64,000 bases of DNA, taken from positions 3,622,744-3,686,743 of the forward strand of contig MU054212.1 of NCBI GenBank assembly GCA_013239625.1. Direction: 5' to 3'. Below, in pieces: positions 38,232 to 51,226 of the stretch; the first letter of the stretch is position 1, and every line of letters starts with the position of its first letter. This DNA comes from Lama guanicoe (lineage: Eukaryota). The notes under the pieces were generated by a model. It had not been told where the DNA came from. It worked only from the letters and a program-made list of their open reading frames with translations, and made no database searches. The position numbers and the translations under genes are program-made.

Positions 38232-39599
38232 TCCCACGTTTTGCTGTTGCTCCAATGGCCACAGTAAATACAACGGACAAACATGGTGATGCGTAAGGAC
38301 TGTGGAAAGTGAAAAATCATTATGGTACAATTATTTTATTACCAAAGGAAAAAAAAACACAACCTTCGAAAAGATGATGAGATGTTTAATGCCTAAAAGC
38401 AAAACCTGTGGGTAAGTCCGAACTTTCAAAGAAGTCGATAAAGAGAGCGCTTGAGAGATTCGGAGAAGACCTTCCAAACACCTTCCCTCTCCCTCCCTTC
38501 TCTGTCTGCATCTTCACACACAAATGCATCCACACCAGTCATCAATGCTTACAAGCATCCTGGGATTTGCTCTGTTGAAGCTAATCAAAAGGAAAGTTCT
38601 ACTGAGAGGGGTAACACTTTACCTGAACCACCATCTATCAGCTCAAATTAGTTTACAATATCCGGTTAGAAGAACTCTGAGTAAATTGGGCAGAAGTACC
38701 CTGGTGTTCTCAAATAGCCCAATCAGCTCAGTACTCAGAAGAAAGCATGGTGGGACACCTGCACCTTAAGAAATTGGGCAGCAATTTAGATACTACTGGC
38801 GGGGTGGTGTCTGGAGACACAGAAAAATTCTGAGCCCAGAGCGAGTGGTTAAGGGGAACAGAGGCAGGGCCGAAGGGAGAGGGTCCAGGGAGGTAAATGA
38901 GTTACAAGGGACACTGGAGTATGAGTCCTTTTATTCATAGGTAAGCCTGGTGATGAGTGTCTCTGAGTATCTATGAACAGGCCAGTGACAAAATGTGCAA
39001 CCATTTCCCTCACATTTACGAGACCACCTAACTGAGCCAGCTGAGGCATACATCTTTTTTTCTGTACAAATTCACTGTTAAGAAAATATTACTGTATATC
39101 ATCTAGTGATCTGTTAGAACTGGGAATTAATCAGTGGGAAACAATCACCTCTGAAAGCCTTTGCTGCTGATTAAATAAATGTAAGACAAAATTAGTACAA
39201 ATGGGTAACAAGAAATGATTTCCATATTTTACTGACAAGCAACGTTAGGAATCATTATCCTAATGGCTTATGAACTTCTGTATTATCAAATGACATTCTG
39301 GAATAATATTATGATTAGGAGGAGGGTTTCTCATCCCTGCGTGACACATAAGCAAGGAGGTTCTGTAACATCTATACAGGTTCACCCCCGTAGTGAAGCA
39401 CTGTTGTAACAGCGCAGAGAGGAATGTAAGCTTACTGATGGACGCTACGTATTCAGAAGGTCCTAGAAAGCCACGGTCATCACCATCAATTCTTTTCTCT
39501 TCCCGATAAGTTTCTCCAGGGTGGGAAGTTCGTCTTTATGACTTAAAGAACTGTCTGCAGTGAATCCACTGAATGACAGCAGGGCAGGATCCTAGAAGA

Positions 39600-40340
39600 G
39601 AGGAGAAGTGAACTGCATCCTTCCTCATCCAGGATGACCCTCCTGTTAACAACTGGCCATACTTCCTGCCTGGTGGGTAGTAAGGTCATCAGATGGTTTA
39701 GAGCCCACTCAGCCAACTGTCCCAGGGAAGAGTGTGTCTCAGGGACGGAAGTGGAGCTGAGGAAGATGGGAATAATGATGGTGGCGCTCTGCCCTCCTCT
39801 CGCATCGTCAGGAAGACTGCTGACCGTGCCTCTAAGGGGCACCTGGAGTTTGCGAGCAAGGCCTCGGGCTCCTCTGAGGTCCGAGTCAAGAGAGCTGGGA
39901 GAGAACGCTCTCAGTCTGGGCCAAGAGGAAGCTCAGGCTGCAGGTGGATCCAAATGGCCAGTCTGCTGGAGCAAGCCTGGCTGGAGGACACCTATGGTCC
40001 CCGATGAGAAGGCAACACCCACAGCATTTTCAGGGAGGAGGTGCTGGTCTCCCCAGCTCCAAGGAGCTGAGGATAAGTGTGTCCCTGAGTTTGGAAGGGG
40101 GTGGCCAGCAGAGAACACTTGGCAGCAGTGAGGCTTCCTCCAGTGTCTGCAGAGTGGTGATAATGCCCACACCTCCCACAGGCTAGCGTGTAGCCACGAT
40201 CTGAGGACGGGGCAGCACCTGGGCCCAAAGGCACAGCTGGAGGACATGCACAAGGATGTGACCCCAAACTACTGAGAGAACCTGAAGAGATTCCAGGAGA
40301 GCCCATACAGCATCTCTGAATCGTAACAAATATGGTTTAT
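39600..40340. mobile_element. Possible ancient LTR-derived GC/purine-rich block (Gypsy-LTR-like; unresolved)
   Basis: Composition shift and LTR-like phrasing only; no termini or TSD identified. Confidence 0.25.
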
Positions 40341-41991
40341 GAATTTAAAAATTCAGTAGGTAGATGGGAAAAAATGAGTCCTTAACATAAACAGAATAAT
40401 TTAATTGATAAGCTCAAGTTTATAAATAAATATAGACTTGCAATATGCACCAAATAGAGACCATACGTTTTATATATCAAAGAAATGTCTACAAAAAAAT
40501 GATCAGATACTGGTCTCCAAAGGAAACTTTCACCAGTTTCTCATAACCGAGATTGGTTTTCTCCCCCTGAGACATATTATCTGATTGAAAAAAAAGTTTG
40601 GAACTGGAGAATTCTAAAATGACTCAAAACACAGTAACTCCTGAATATTAGTAAACAGTCGTGCAATTTACACGTGGAAGAAAGAAGACTCTACGAATGA
40701 GAAAAGGACTTGAGTTCGGCATTATTAAATTGGACCTCTCTCTTGACCCTGCCCGGGAAAGCAATAGCTCACAGGGTAGGCAACACGTTTACCTCTCCCC
40801 GAAAGGCTCAAAAGGTGAAGCTACCTTCCAGGTGAAGCAGTTTTAGGTGGGTTACCCTAGAAAACAAAAACAGAACAGCGCAAGCCATTCAAGCCTGCAC
40901 AGCGCTCTCCTTGACAGCACCGGAAATTTATTTATATATGTTTCTTCCTTTCCTTTGTGATTTTTAATGTGTTCTGCCTTGGAATTTAGTGCTAGCCCTT
41001 TTTTTATATTTATAAGTAAATTCTTGTATGCCTTAATATTATTCTGGGGAGTCAAGGTGTTTGAAGCCAGACTACAGACAAAGCACTGAAGGCAGAGGAT
41101 GGCCCTAATGCTGGAGATCTGCTGGCTGTGTGAGGGTGAGAGCAATCTCCTTGCCGGTGAGTCAAGGAAAGTGATTCAACAGCCACGCCTCCGCCTGGAA
41201 ATTTTATCCCGGGCCTGAAATCTTGGAATGTTTTGGATCATGCCTGAGAGCCTGTGTATGTCTCAAGCTAGGCAAGAACCTGCCTGGAATGTCCTTTTGC
41301 TTTTGTTCACTTTGAGTCCTTGAGGTTGTCACTTCCATCCTTCAGTTAGCTCCGGGCATCACTGGGAACACTTTCTGTGGCTGCCTGCTTGCTTTGAAAG
41401 CAGCACCAAAATATATGCGCCTTTGTAGAGATTATGCTCCATCGTCTCTGCTGAGTCTTCAGATGTAACCTCTTGCCTCCCATCACACAGATTAGGGAAG
41501 CACTGTCCTCCCTTTGCAGACCACCCCAATGGCCAACACTGCAAGCTGGCAACAGCCAGAGCAGCTGGACAGAAGGAGTTCCCATCTTCGGTTTGTTAAA
41601 AACAAGTCTGGATTAATAGGCAAAACCATCCCAAAAGCAAATTTTCCTTTGTTCTTACGAAGCACCGCCTTAGGGAATAAGGCACCTTCCCCTGAGAAAT
41701 GCAGGATGAGGAAAAAACTTGCTGACATTTTGTAGATAGCTCCCAAATGTTCAGGTCATCATAACCCGAAGAATTAAAATAAAGCCCAGAGTGCACTACC
41801 ATTAAGGTCTCAAGTCAGTGTGCACATATAAGGAAAGAAAAACATTTCACTGACATTCTATTTATGACTTCTTACTTAGGTAAATCTTAATTGGCACCTC
41901 TGTGGTTGGCTTTGATAGAGCCCAAACTGCCCGAAAAACAGGAGCGACTTTCCAGCGTGAAAAATGTCAAGGATTGTTTGTACTAGTTACA

Positions 41992-42400
41992 ACGTTAGTT
42001 AAAGTCGTATTGGTTGAGCTGCTCCAAAATATATAAAGGTTCAAACCCAACAGGAACGTTTTCTTGCTAATGCCGTGTCCAGACTGGGCATTCCTAATCA
42101 GAAGGTACCTCTCTTCCAAGTGATGATCCACAGGGATCCCGTTTCAACCTGTGGCTTCCAAGGTTGCTTGGGTGATGATCCCCTTTTCCAGCCAATCAGA
42201 AGGAAGCAAAAGCAGAGAGCATATCGTGAGGGAAGCAGCCACGAGCCTGGCTGGGAGGTAGCACGTGGGACTCACGCTTCTGTTTCGTTTCCTGGAAGTC
42301 AGTCACATGACCACACGTGGGAGGCTGAGAAATACGGCTAAGCTATGAGCTCAGGAAAAAGAAGAAACGGATTTGATAGACATCTGGAAGGCTCTCCCGC
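41992..42400 (-). mobile_element. Old MaLR LTR (MLT1J/K/L-like)
   Basis: cagtcacatgaccac...gggaggctgagaaatacggctaagctatgagctcaggaaaaagaagaaacggatttg. Confidence 0.75.
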
Positions 42401-44359
42401 TCTGGTCTTCTAAATTCGTTTTTCTTTTTCTTTTTCTTTTTTTTAAAGAACTAGGTATATTCTTAAAAATCAATGCAATCCACCTCTAACTTGAAATGTA
42501 TTCGATAGGCAATACCACCACTTAAATTACCACTAAAGTTATTCTATATTAAATTACCTATTCTGAATCTTTCTCAAGTATCTTTCCCAATCAGTTATCC
42601 TTCTCATGTGGCTTTGTCTTTTCCCTTTCTGCGTAAAGATTTGGTTTTAATCCTTGACTACAGCACACAGTTCATCTCCAAATGTGCACTAACTGTGGTG
42701 TTTATTCAGCTGAGCCAGGCGGGAAGCAGGAAAGGCTCACTGCAATTCCTCCCTTAGCTGGGGGCTTTTCTGTCTCCAGTGTCCCATATCCTTCACCTGG
42801 CAAACCAAGCCCCTTGCATGGACTCAGGAGAAGGTGATGGGTCAGACAGCTGTCCCTTTATCCTCACTGTCCACATGCTGACGCCAAAACCTTGTGTAAG
42901 CATCGGCACGAACAGGGGAAGATGTGGTTAACTGCCAGTCTAGCTGCTACCAGGCACCACTTGATGTTCGTGGAGACTGACACGAAGGAATGCTTCTGAG
43001 AAATCCCCCTTTGGCAGTGCAGCAGAAATTTCACATCCACCCTAAAATCACTTGCTGAGCGATTTGCACTCTGCCAGAAAAGTTTCCATCAGCAGAAAGG
43101 ACAGCAGGGGTTTGGGTATGAAAACACCACCGTAGATTGCGTTTGCGAAGGCCCACGGAAAGAGGTGCCCTCAAGTTTTTCTGGCAATATCTGCGAGGAT
43201 CTTAATGAGGCACCTTGTTGGAAAAAGAAAAAAGTCAACCCAGAAGGCAAATGCTGAGACGCCAGAGTGATGGATGCACATGAGAATATGGAGATAGTGC
43301 GGAGGCAGAAATGCTGTTTCTAGGGCACAGTCTGTTATGCCTCCAGATGCTATAAGGGTAACTACAGCACCACATGTGGCCGTGACAATCTTGGCCACGA
43401 TCTGCAGTTGAAGCAAGAGGCCAACTAGAACTGCTCACATGCTTCCCTGCCCCAGCTGGGCAAGACTCGAGACATCAGCCACTGAATCCCACTGCACAGG
43501 AATGGTATCAATTAAAGAGCTTGCACACTTTGCTGTCTGTGTTTTACTCGGTGTCCCCTTTTTCCAATTACTTGTGTTAACAATGCATTCTAAGTCTTCC
43601 CTTATGACTTGGGTCAGTTCACCCAGCCTTGACCTCCTGGTCCCCCCCACCTCTTCATTTCTTCCTGAGTCCCACGGCTAGACCACTGTCATATTGTATC
43701 AATTTTTCAGTCCAATTTTCTGTTCCTGTTTCTTACATAAAACCCACACAACCACCATTCTGTGGCCTGAATAAAACTATAATGACTAATTTTTGTTACT
43801 TCGTAATTTAAATATTTCCTTGTCTTTTTCTCTCATCAACCTCAAACATACCAGTCTTCTTTACTTTTCCCTAAGGCTTAACCTCAGGTAGGAGGTAGCT
43901 AAATAATCTGACAAATACATTGCAAAAAAAAAAAGTGTTCATTTAGGTTATACATAAATATGCTTATTCACTAAGGAATGAGTCTGCATAAAATACAGAT
44001 GTTCTGAATACGATGCTTTAACAAAACAGGCAGCCCTAGTGGTGAAACACCTGACACCTGGTACTTGTATAGGGGAGATGTCTGGGGAAAGAGGTTTCTG
44101 GTGCCCTTTAAATAACACAGTAAAGTGACCCTTTTCTTCTTACATCTACAGCCATCATTTTCTCATGATTTTTCTCAAAAAACACTAAGAGTTCTGTGGG
44201 ACACTAACTACTGCTGCATCTAGTTTGTTTCAAATAAACTGACATAATGATATTTAACAGTATTTTTTATTCAATGCATTAATACAAGTACAAAAGACTA
44301 CAGAGATAATATTTAATGTACCCTCAGAATGATTAAGAAATGCATAAACACTTCTGTGT

Positions 44360-44900
44360 ATCATGTTCTCGACCCATTTGGATTACTCCACGGATAAGAG
44401 TCAATTTAAATACTAGCAGATGAACTAAGATCAATGGAATAAAAAAAAATCTGAACGCAGAGATGAAAATAGCAAAAATCGTTATCTGTGTAAATATAAG
44501 ATTGGAGAGCAAGAGTCAAAAGCTCTTCAGGAATTGACAGAAGAGTCAACAGAAGTCAAGAAAAACTCAAGGCAAGAATGGACAGGAAGAACAGTTCTAA
44601 GTACACAGAGGCTTGATAAAATGCTAACTGACAGCAGTGGGATTTACTGATCACAGGGATACAGGTCAATTTGCAGTAAACTCCAATAATCAAAACGCCT
44701 CCACAATGGCATACAATGAAAACTGACGTGCGTAACAATGACTATAAGTCACTGAAAGGTCCTGAATGCCGCTGAACCGCAAAACATTTGATTGTGCTCA
44801 GTGTAATTTTAGGGATAAATGCATTTATTTCTGAGTAAAGAGACAAAAAAAAAATTCCATTTGCAAGGAGCTGTTTTACTAAATAAAGATCATGAAAATT
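44360..44900 (+). mobile_element. Possible L3/CR1 RT relic
   Basis: gttctcgaccca...ctagcagatgaactaag (cf. VLGP...FADDTKL), then aagtacacag...gacagcagt...gatcacag in CR1 order. Confidence 0.4.
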
Positions 44901-46608
44901 TTGAGCTAGAAAGTATCCTGTTGCAGCACCAAAGCTGTAGTGTTAATTCAGTAAAACACACCAAACCAGAAAGCAGAAGGATGTCAGGGATACTGGGGTT
45001 GAGGGGCTATGCAGTGGGGTTAAGGGGCAGGAGCATAGAAGAGGCAGGCCTTGCATGAGATCCAGAATAACAAACATGATCTGTCAACTTCTAACAGGGT
45101 AAATCCATACAGCTGAACCCAGGTGATCTGTGTGGACAAAAATCCATGGACAAACCACCAAAGCATGGAAACGAGCAGGAAAGGTGATCAGTAGTCTGAG
45201 GTAATATCCTCATATATTTCTTACAACCTACAAGGGGTCTTAGTGGTCTGGTTATCAAAAGGAGCAACTTGCCTCTGCTGTCTTTCTCACCCTGTTTTAC
45301 CAACGGGCAAAACTAAAGCTTAAGCTAAATGAATTGTCCAGGCCATACTGCTGAACTGGGACTCATACTCAAGTTTTACAATTTTTGGACAGTATTCTCT
45401 TAAATCTAAAAAGCAATCTCCAGGCAGACATGCCTGAGGGCTCAAACCATCCAGCGTTTCCTGCAGTTCGTGTCTTCCTGGATGTACAAGCAATCTGACG
45501 GCCAAAGGAGGACACTCAATTCAATCTCTGCTTTTTTTTTTTTTAATTCACTCTGTAACATGAGATGCCTCAGACTAGATGGTTTATTATCCTTGGACCA
45601 GTCTTCCTTCTGAAAGGAAAAGGGGAACTGTCCCCATCATGGGACCGTAAATTACCTCAACCCATTAATGCTACACTCCCACGTTCATGCAGCCAGTGGT
45701 CTGTTGGCCCTAAATCAACTTGAAAAACAAACAAGCTTAGCAGAGTTTGTCACCCTAAATTCAAATAAAGCTCTACTTGGATCATCTGTGAGCAAAACAA
45801 AACCAAACCAAACCAAACCCCCTCCCCTGCCTGTTATTTAGTGCCTGTAATGGAGTACAAGTATGATACTACTTCAGTCTCAAGGAGTTTACAGTGTACA
45901 GATTATTTCTCAGTCAGATGAATCTAAGTAATAGAATTGTTCTAAATCACTTCTGTAAATAATTAACTTTCAAAAAAAAATCACACCATGTAACAGTAGG
46001 AAAGTGATCTGCAGGGCATGTGGTCATGGTACAGTCTTCCTGTCTCTGAATATTTTTTTTCCCCGTTTTCAGATAAACCTTGACTTTTTTCAGTGCAAAA
46101 TAGCATCAGTTGATCTGCCTGATATATTTGTACAAAGTAAAACTTTTATAAGATAAACAACACTTATCATGCCTCTTTAAAACTGTACCTTTTGCCCTAT
46201 ATTATATAACATACACAATGTGCTAAAACAAACTGTTTTTGAACTCTCAGCTTTTTGTAAATTATGGGCAAACAAGCCTGTGGTTTAAAATGGTAAGTGT
46301 AAAATATAATTGAGCTTGACTCTCCTGGAATGTGACTCTGCACACCTGGTCTCAAGGTCACGCTCTTCTCCTGGGCAACAGACGCTGGCTGTTCAGCTGT
46401 GTTTCCCCTCCTCAGCTAACCACCACTACCTGGAGTTTCTGCTGGTGTTCAGTATTATTTTCTTATTCTCAGGTTCATAATTATAAATACGGTGACTGAA
46501 AACAACTAGCTCTTCATTCGAATTTTTGTCCTGAGTGACCGCTAAGAATTCACTACCCCTCTTTTTCCTCTGTTCCTCCTCCATACTGTTTATTAGAAAG
46601 TGACGTGA

Positions 46609-46786
46609 AGGCGGAGGGGTCTAGCTCGGTGGTCCAGCAGGTGCTTAGCATGCGTGAGGTCTTGGGTTCAATCCCCAGCACCTCCTGTAAAAAAACAGGT
46701 ACATAAATAAGCCTAACTACCTCTCTTCCTAAATAAATAAATAAAAAGAAACTGCCACTTAAAGAAAAAAATTTTTTTAAAAAGGA
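46609..46786 (+). mobile_element. Vic-1-type tRNA-derived SINE (camelid-specific family)
   Basis: Pol III A box tagctcggtgg 46622-46632, B box ggttcaatccc 46665-46675, body gcttagcatgcgtgaggtc...cctaactacctc, A-rich tail; 14-bp TSD agaaagtgacgtga / agaaagtgatatga at 46595-46608 and 46787-46800. Confidence 0.92.
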
Positions 46787-46844
46787 AGAAAGTGATATGA
46801 GTGTGCTCCCTCAACTTCCTCTAACCAAAAAGTCACTGGGAAGA

Positions 46845-47125
46845 TTTATTTTTAAAAGTATGTGTTTAGCCTTCTGAATAAATAATACATCCACAAGAAT
46901 AAATCAACAAGTGCAAAATGGCCTAGAGTGAAGAGTCCTTTTCCCATTCTAGCTGAAGATACACTTATCTATTCACATCGCCCCTTTACACCAATTTTAT
47001 CATATAAATCACACTGCTTCACAGCTTGCCTTTTTTTTCTGGCTTAGCAATATATTTTGAAGAGCTTCCATATTACTGCATAGAGAGTGTCTTCATTGCT
47101 TTTTTTTTAAAAGTACACACTGACT
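46845..47125 (-). mobile_element. Old L1ME-like fragment
   Basis: cttgccttttttttctggcttagcaatatattttgaagagcttccatat. Confidence 0.55.
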
Positions 47126-47283
47126 GGTAGTTTCTCAAACATAGATTCTCAAACGCAGGTGTTTTGAAAAGGAGAATGGAAATAACATGACTGCATGCCT
47201 GTTCACAACGAAACAGAGGCAGAATAAGCCCCAGTCCTCCAGCTCTGCACACAGACCACTCAGTGCTCAAAGGTTAGGGAAAT

Positions 47284-47304
47284 CACACACACACACACAC
47301 ACAC
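47284..47304. repeat. (CA)10 microsatellite
   Basis: Seen directly. Confidence 0.95.
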
Positions 47305-47519
47305 TTGAGATCAGGGACTGATGTTTTTGTAGCTAATTTAGGTATGCAAAATATCAACGATTGATTCTTCACTAATCCATCCAGGATGGGGAGAGTCGAC
47401 TTTATCACTGAAACAGCTAGAAAAATTAGAGTCCTGCCATTCAACTGTTGCTTCTAAAGTGTGAACAGAGTCAGTAACATAATTGCCCTATAAAGTCATG
47501 AACTCATAAACACCCTGAA

Positions 47520-47700
47520 GTGACACTTGTTGAGAGCGTTATAGTGTACCAGGCACTGTACTGACGTTGTTACAAGGACTAGCTCACTGAAAATCTCAAA
47601 ATAATATAAAACTATTATCGTTCTGCTGTTACAGCCAAGAACAATGAGGCAAATGAGCAGAAGTAATTGATCTACAACAGTAAGTGATACAACCAGCTTC
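47520..47700 (-). mobile_element. MIR SINE
   Basis: cacttgttgagagcgttatagtgtaccaggcactgtact...aacaatgaggc. Confidence 0.65.
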
Positions 47701-47829
47701 CTAAACAGGACATATCTCAACAGAACCGTCCTGCCCAGCCCCAGGTGGTAGTGCCATGATGTCTTTCTTCGATGGACTAACCAAGCACCTTCACTAACTC
47801 TCAGCCCAGAGTCTCATTTTGTACAGTTC

Positions 47830-48095
47830 CCAAGCCAGGTGGGCCAAATCTCGCCTTCTGTTCCACTGTTTACTGGTCATGTCACCCCGGGTAAGGCGCT
47901 GACCCCTCCTCTGAGCCACTGGGGATAATGAAATTTAGAACTGTTGAGTCAAACATTGTATCCATTTTCAGTGGTGTTCTCCTTGGTGTTACACAAAATT
48001 GCACTGTTGTTAAGGATTAAATCAGAGAATACACATAAATTAGGTAAAAAATCCTTGGCAGGATTAGATGCCCAATAACTGAGAGTTGAAATAAT
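47830..48095 (+). mobile_element. MIR SINE interrupted by a short insertion
   Basis: ccactgtttactggtcatgtcaccccgggtaag...ggggataat / gttgttaaggattaaatcagagaatacacataaa. Confidence 0.65.
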
Positions 48096-48545
48096 AACAG
48101 AAGTGGTATCAGAGTTGATTTCCTAAAGAAATTAGCTAGACCAGAATTTAAGAATATAAACAAGACTGAATGTCTCTGAAGTCCCTAATATGATGGCCTT
48201 GACTTTTTGAGACCTTGTGGAAACTTAGAAACGCCAGAGGCTGGTATGGTCTCCTAAAGAGTTACTTTTGCTTGCAAGACATCAAATGAAAGCACTTGTC
48301 TATTGACTTATGGTTAGCATGATATGCTCTGGAAAAAACACAACAAAGAACCTAAAATATCTCTACCCCAAATTTAACTTAACCCATCTTACTGTGGGGG
48401 GAGCGGCAGAAGCTGGAGTTTTTTCCTCAGGTACTGACTGAAAGTTCAAACTCATTCCTCATCTCTCACCTGGGACAGTTAACAGTGACTAGGGAGAAAG
48501 GCTTTTGAACATAGGGCTTGAAGCTTTCAAAAAAGATCGGAGACA

Positions 48546-49168
48546 TTTTTAACAGCTTTGTTGAGATAAATATCATACAATTCACCCATTTAAAAGGTAC
48601 AATTCAATGTTTTTTAGTGTATTCACGAAATACATTGTGCAACCATCACCAGCCCAATTTTAGAACATTTTCATCACCCTAGAAAGAAACTTGGGACCCA
48701 CGAGCAGCCACCCCCCAAACTCCCCATCTGCCACCCAGCCTCTGGCAGTCACTAATCACTCTTCTGACCTTCTAGACTGGCCTCCTTTGAACATTTCATA
48801 TAGACGGAATAATATAATTTGTGGTCCTTTGTGAATGGCTTCTTTCACTTAACATCATGTTTTCAAGGTTTATTCCAGTTGTAGCATATACTGGTTCTTC
48901 ACTTATTACCAAATAATATCCCACTGTATGAATACATGACTTTTTGTTTACCCAGTTGACCAACAAGTTGCTTCTACTTGTTGCTTATTATGAGTAATGC
49001 TACTATGAACATTTGCGTACACATTTTTGAGTGGATATATGTTTTCACTTCCCTCAGGTGTATGCCTTGGAGTGGAACTGCTGGGTCACATGGTAACTCC
49101 AGTTAAACCTTTTGAGAAATCTCCAAGCTGTTTTCCAGGGCACTACACAATTTTATATTCCTACAACT
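48546..49168 (-). mobile_element. L1MB-like 3' end
   Basis: aacagctttgttgagataa...tgtgcaaccatcacc...tagaacattttcatcacc...ggagtggaactgctgggtcacatggtaac; probable TSD gagacatttttaa / gagccacttttaa (48540-48552, 49170-49182). Confidence 0.9.
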
Positions 49169-49829
49169 TGAGCCACTTTTAAAGCCTACCATTCCGTGTT
49201 CACTCTTAAAAAAAAAGAAAAAGAGTGGCTTCACTTTGACTTGTCATTTTACATCCGTTAGAGACCGGCCGACGAACCAGGTTAAGTGATGTGGTTAATG
49301 AAGGAAAATATTATCACACATTAAATCCCTAAAATGCTTTATTTAAACATCTTCTGTCTCCCTTTTGTTGAACAATCCAGTCACACTTGTCATCTAATCC
49401 TTTCGTTATAATGTATTTTTTCCCTCTCTGAACCTTCCCCAACAGTGTTCGTGGCGTGAGACAATTCCTGCTACCTGTGCATTAGTTCCCCCAACGCTAG
49501 TGGTTTCAGTCTTTGTATCAGTTTGTTTAACTGCTTTCCTGCTGCTTTTACAAATGTAACCTCTAGATTCACAGTAACAATTTGACAAGAAAATGAATAG
49601 ATGGTGCCAAACAATAAAGTGCAAAAAGAAAAAACCATAAATTTTTTGGGAAATCATGTTTTACTATGTTACTCATTATCCAAGAACACGAAAAGTAAAA
49701 GAAAGCAAAACTTAGCCATAAGGATAGTTGTACACGTGCCCTTTGTCTGTAATTTGAAAAAAATCCACAAAATTGTATCTCCTAACAGGAAGGTAGGTAT
49801 TGTATTAATCTAGCAATAAGGTAAAGTTA

Positions 49830-50436
49830 CTTATTTTTAACATAGATTGCAATTTAAGTATAAAGCTGAATATAACTTCCTTCTTACATATCATGTTAGA
49901 GAACTATACACTTGTTGTAATACTTTTTAATTTTATTTCTGGCACTCCTTTGGTGATGCCTGCAGAACCCACATAATGCATTCAAAGTAATTCCACAAAA
50001 TATTAAATGGGTGTCAACCATCTGTAAGGCCCTGTGCTAAACATTCTTTTGAAAAGAATTCTAGAAGCTATTATTCTTTTGAATATGCTCATTGGAAGCA
50101 AATACTCCTCCATGGATGGTGGATTTTATTTGGGGAAATAGTCAAAGTTATTCAAAGTCAATTCTGATGGATGAGGTGGGTGAGATCCAACAAGCCAGGT
50201 GACATTCTTAACGGTCAAAATTATGTGTGACTATAAATTTATGAGGCTGGTTTTCTTGTGTGGTTCATTAACCAGATTTGAAGACAATTACATAAGATGA
50301 GTTCTAGCAAAATTCAGAGTCACAGAGACAATGGTGTGGGATGTAGTGGCAAAGTGACTATTTTAATGGATGGCAATCTTTGGATGTATTAGCCCTGGCC
50401 TGTTTAAAAAACTCACTCATTGCTTATGGGCACACA
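49830..50436. mobile_element. MARNA-like non-autonomous mariner
   Basis: gtgtgactataaatttatgaggctggttttcttgtgtggttc...gaagacaatt...gtgactatttt...aaaaaactcactcattgcttatgggcacac. Confidence 0.7.
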
Positions 50437-50914
50437 TTAGATCGTGCCAAAAAATAGTGGACCCAGGAAAAACTCAGCCACGTCCACAGCCAGGATAATG
50501 TTATTTTCCAGTGATTGTGCTTCCCTCCCTGACAAAGACAGAAGACAAGTGTTAGCACAGGTGACACAGAGTTTTCCCACAGCCAGAGAAGGGCTGGGGC
50601 TTGAATGACGCCCGTTCTAACAAAGGAATCGACCCAAAGGAAAACATTCCAACTGACAGATGCCTCTTCAGTGCTTGGCGTGCAGAACCTTCTGCAGGTG
50701 GCACTACTTGGAGAAGTAGTCCCGGAGAGGGAACTTGGCTCTTACTATGTGTTACAGGATTAAAGCTAGTTTAATCGAGCTTTAAAGAAATACATCACAG
50801 TTAGGTGCTATGTTTTGATTACTTACTGCATTCTGTGTGTTCCCCCAACTTCTTTGGACTCTCTTCAATCTGAGAGCTTCTCTTTCGTATGCGAGTCCAA
50901 GAATGGTCGCTAAG

Positions 50915-51226
50915 CTGTCTTGGTTACTAGGGCTGCAGGCACAAATCGCCACAAACTGGGTGGCTTAAAACAACAGGAGTCTATTGGGTCATGGTTCCGG
51001 ACACCCGGTGCCAGCGGGGTTTGTTCCTTCTGGATGCTGAGGAGAAATCTGTTCTGAGCCTCTTTCCCCATTGCCCACAGCTGCTGGAAATCCTTGGCAT
51101 TCTTTGGCTTGTACATGCCTCACTCCAGCCTCTGCCTCTGTCATTACGGGACTTTCTCCCCTTTGCGTCTGTGTCCAAATTTCCCTCTTCTTAGGAGGAC
51201 ACCCGGCATTGGAGTGGGGCCAGCAC
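50915..51226 (-). mobile_element. MaLR LTR fragment (MLT1C/D-like)
   Basis: ccacaaactgggtggcttaaaacaacagga...aatccttggcattctttggcttgta...cactccagcctctgcctctgtc...ccaaatttccctcttctt. Confidence 0.88.

Noticed and set aside
39543..40306. Several overlapping ORFs up to 165 aa on both strands
   Set aside because: Expected from locally high GC; no recognisable protein, probably old LTR-derived DNA
46609..46685. tRNA-like sequence with A and B boxes
   Set aside because: It is the head of a SINE with tail and TSD, not a tRNA gene
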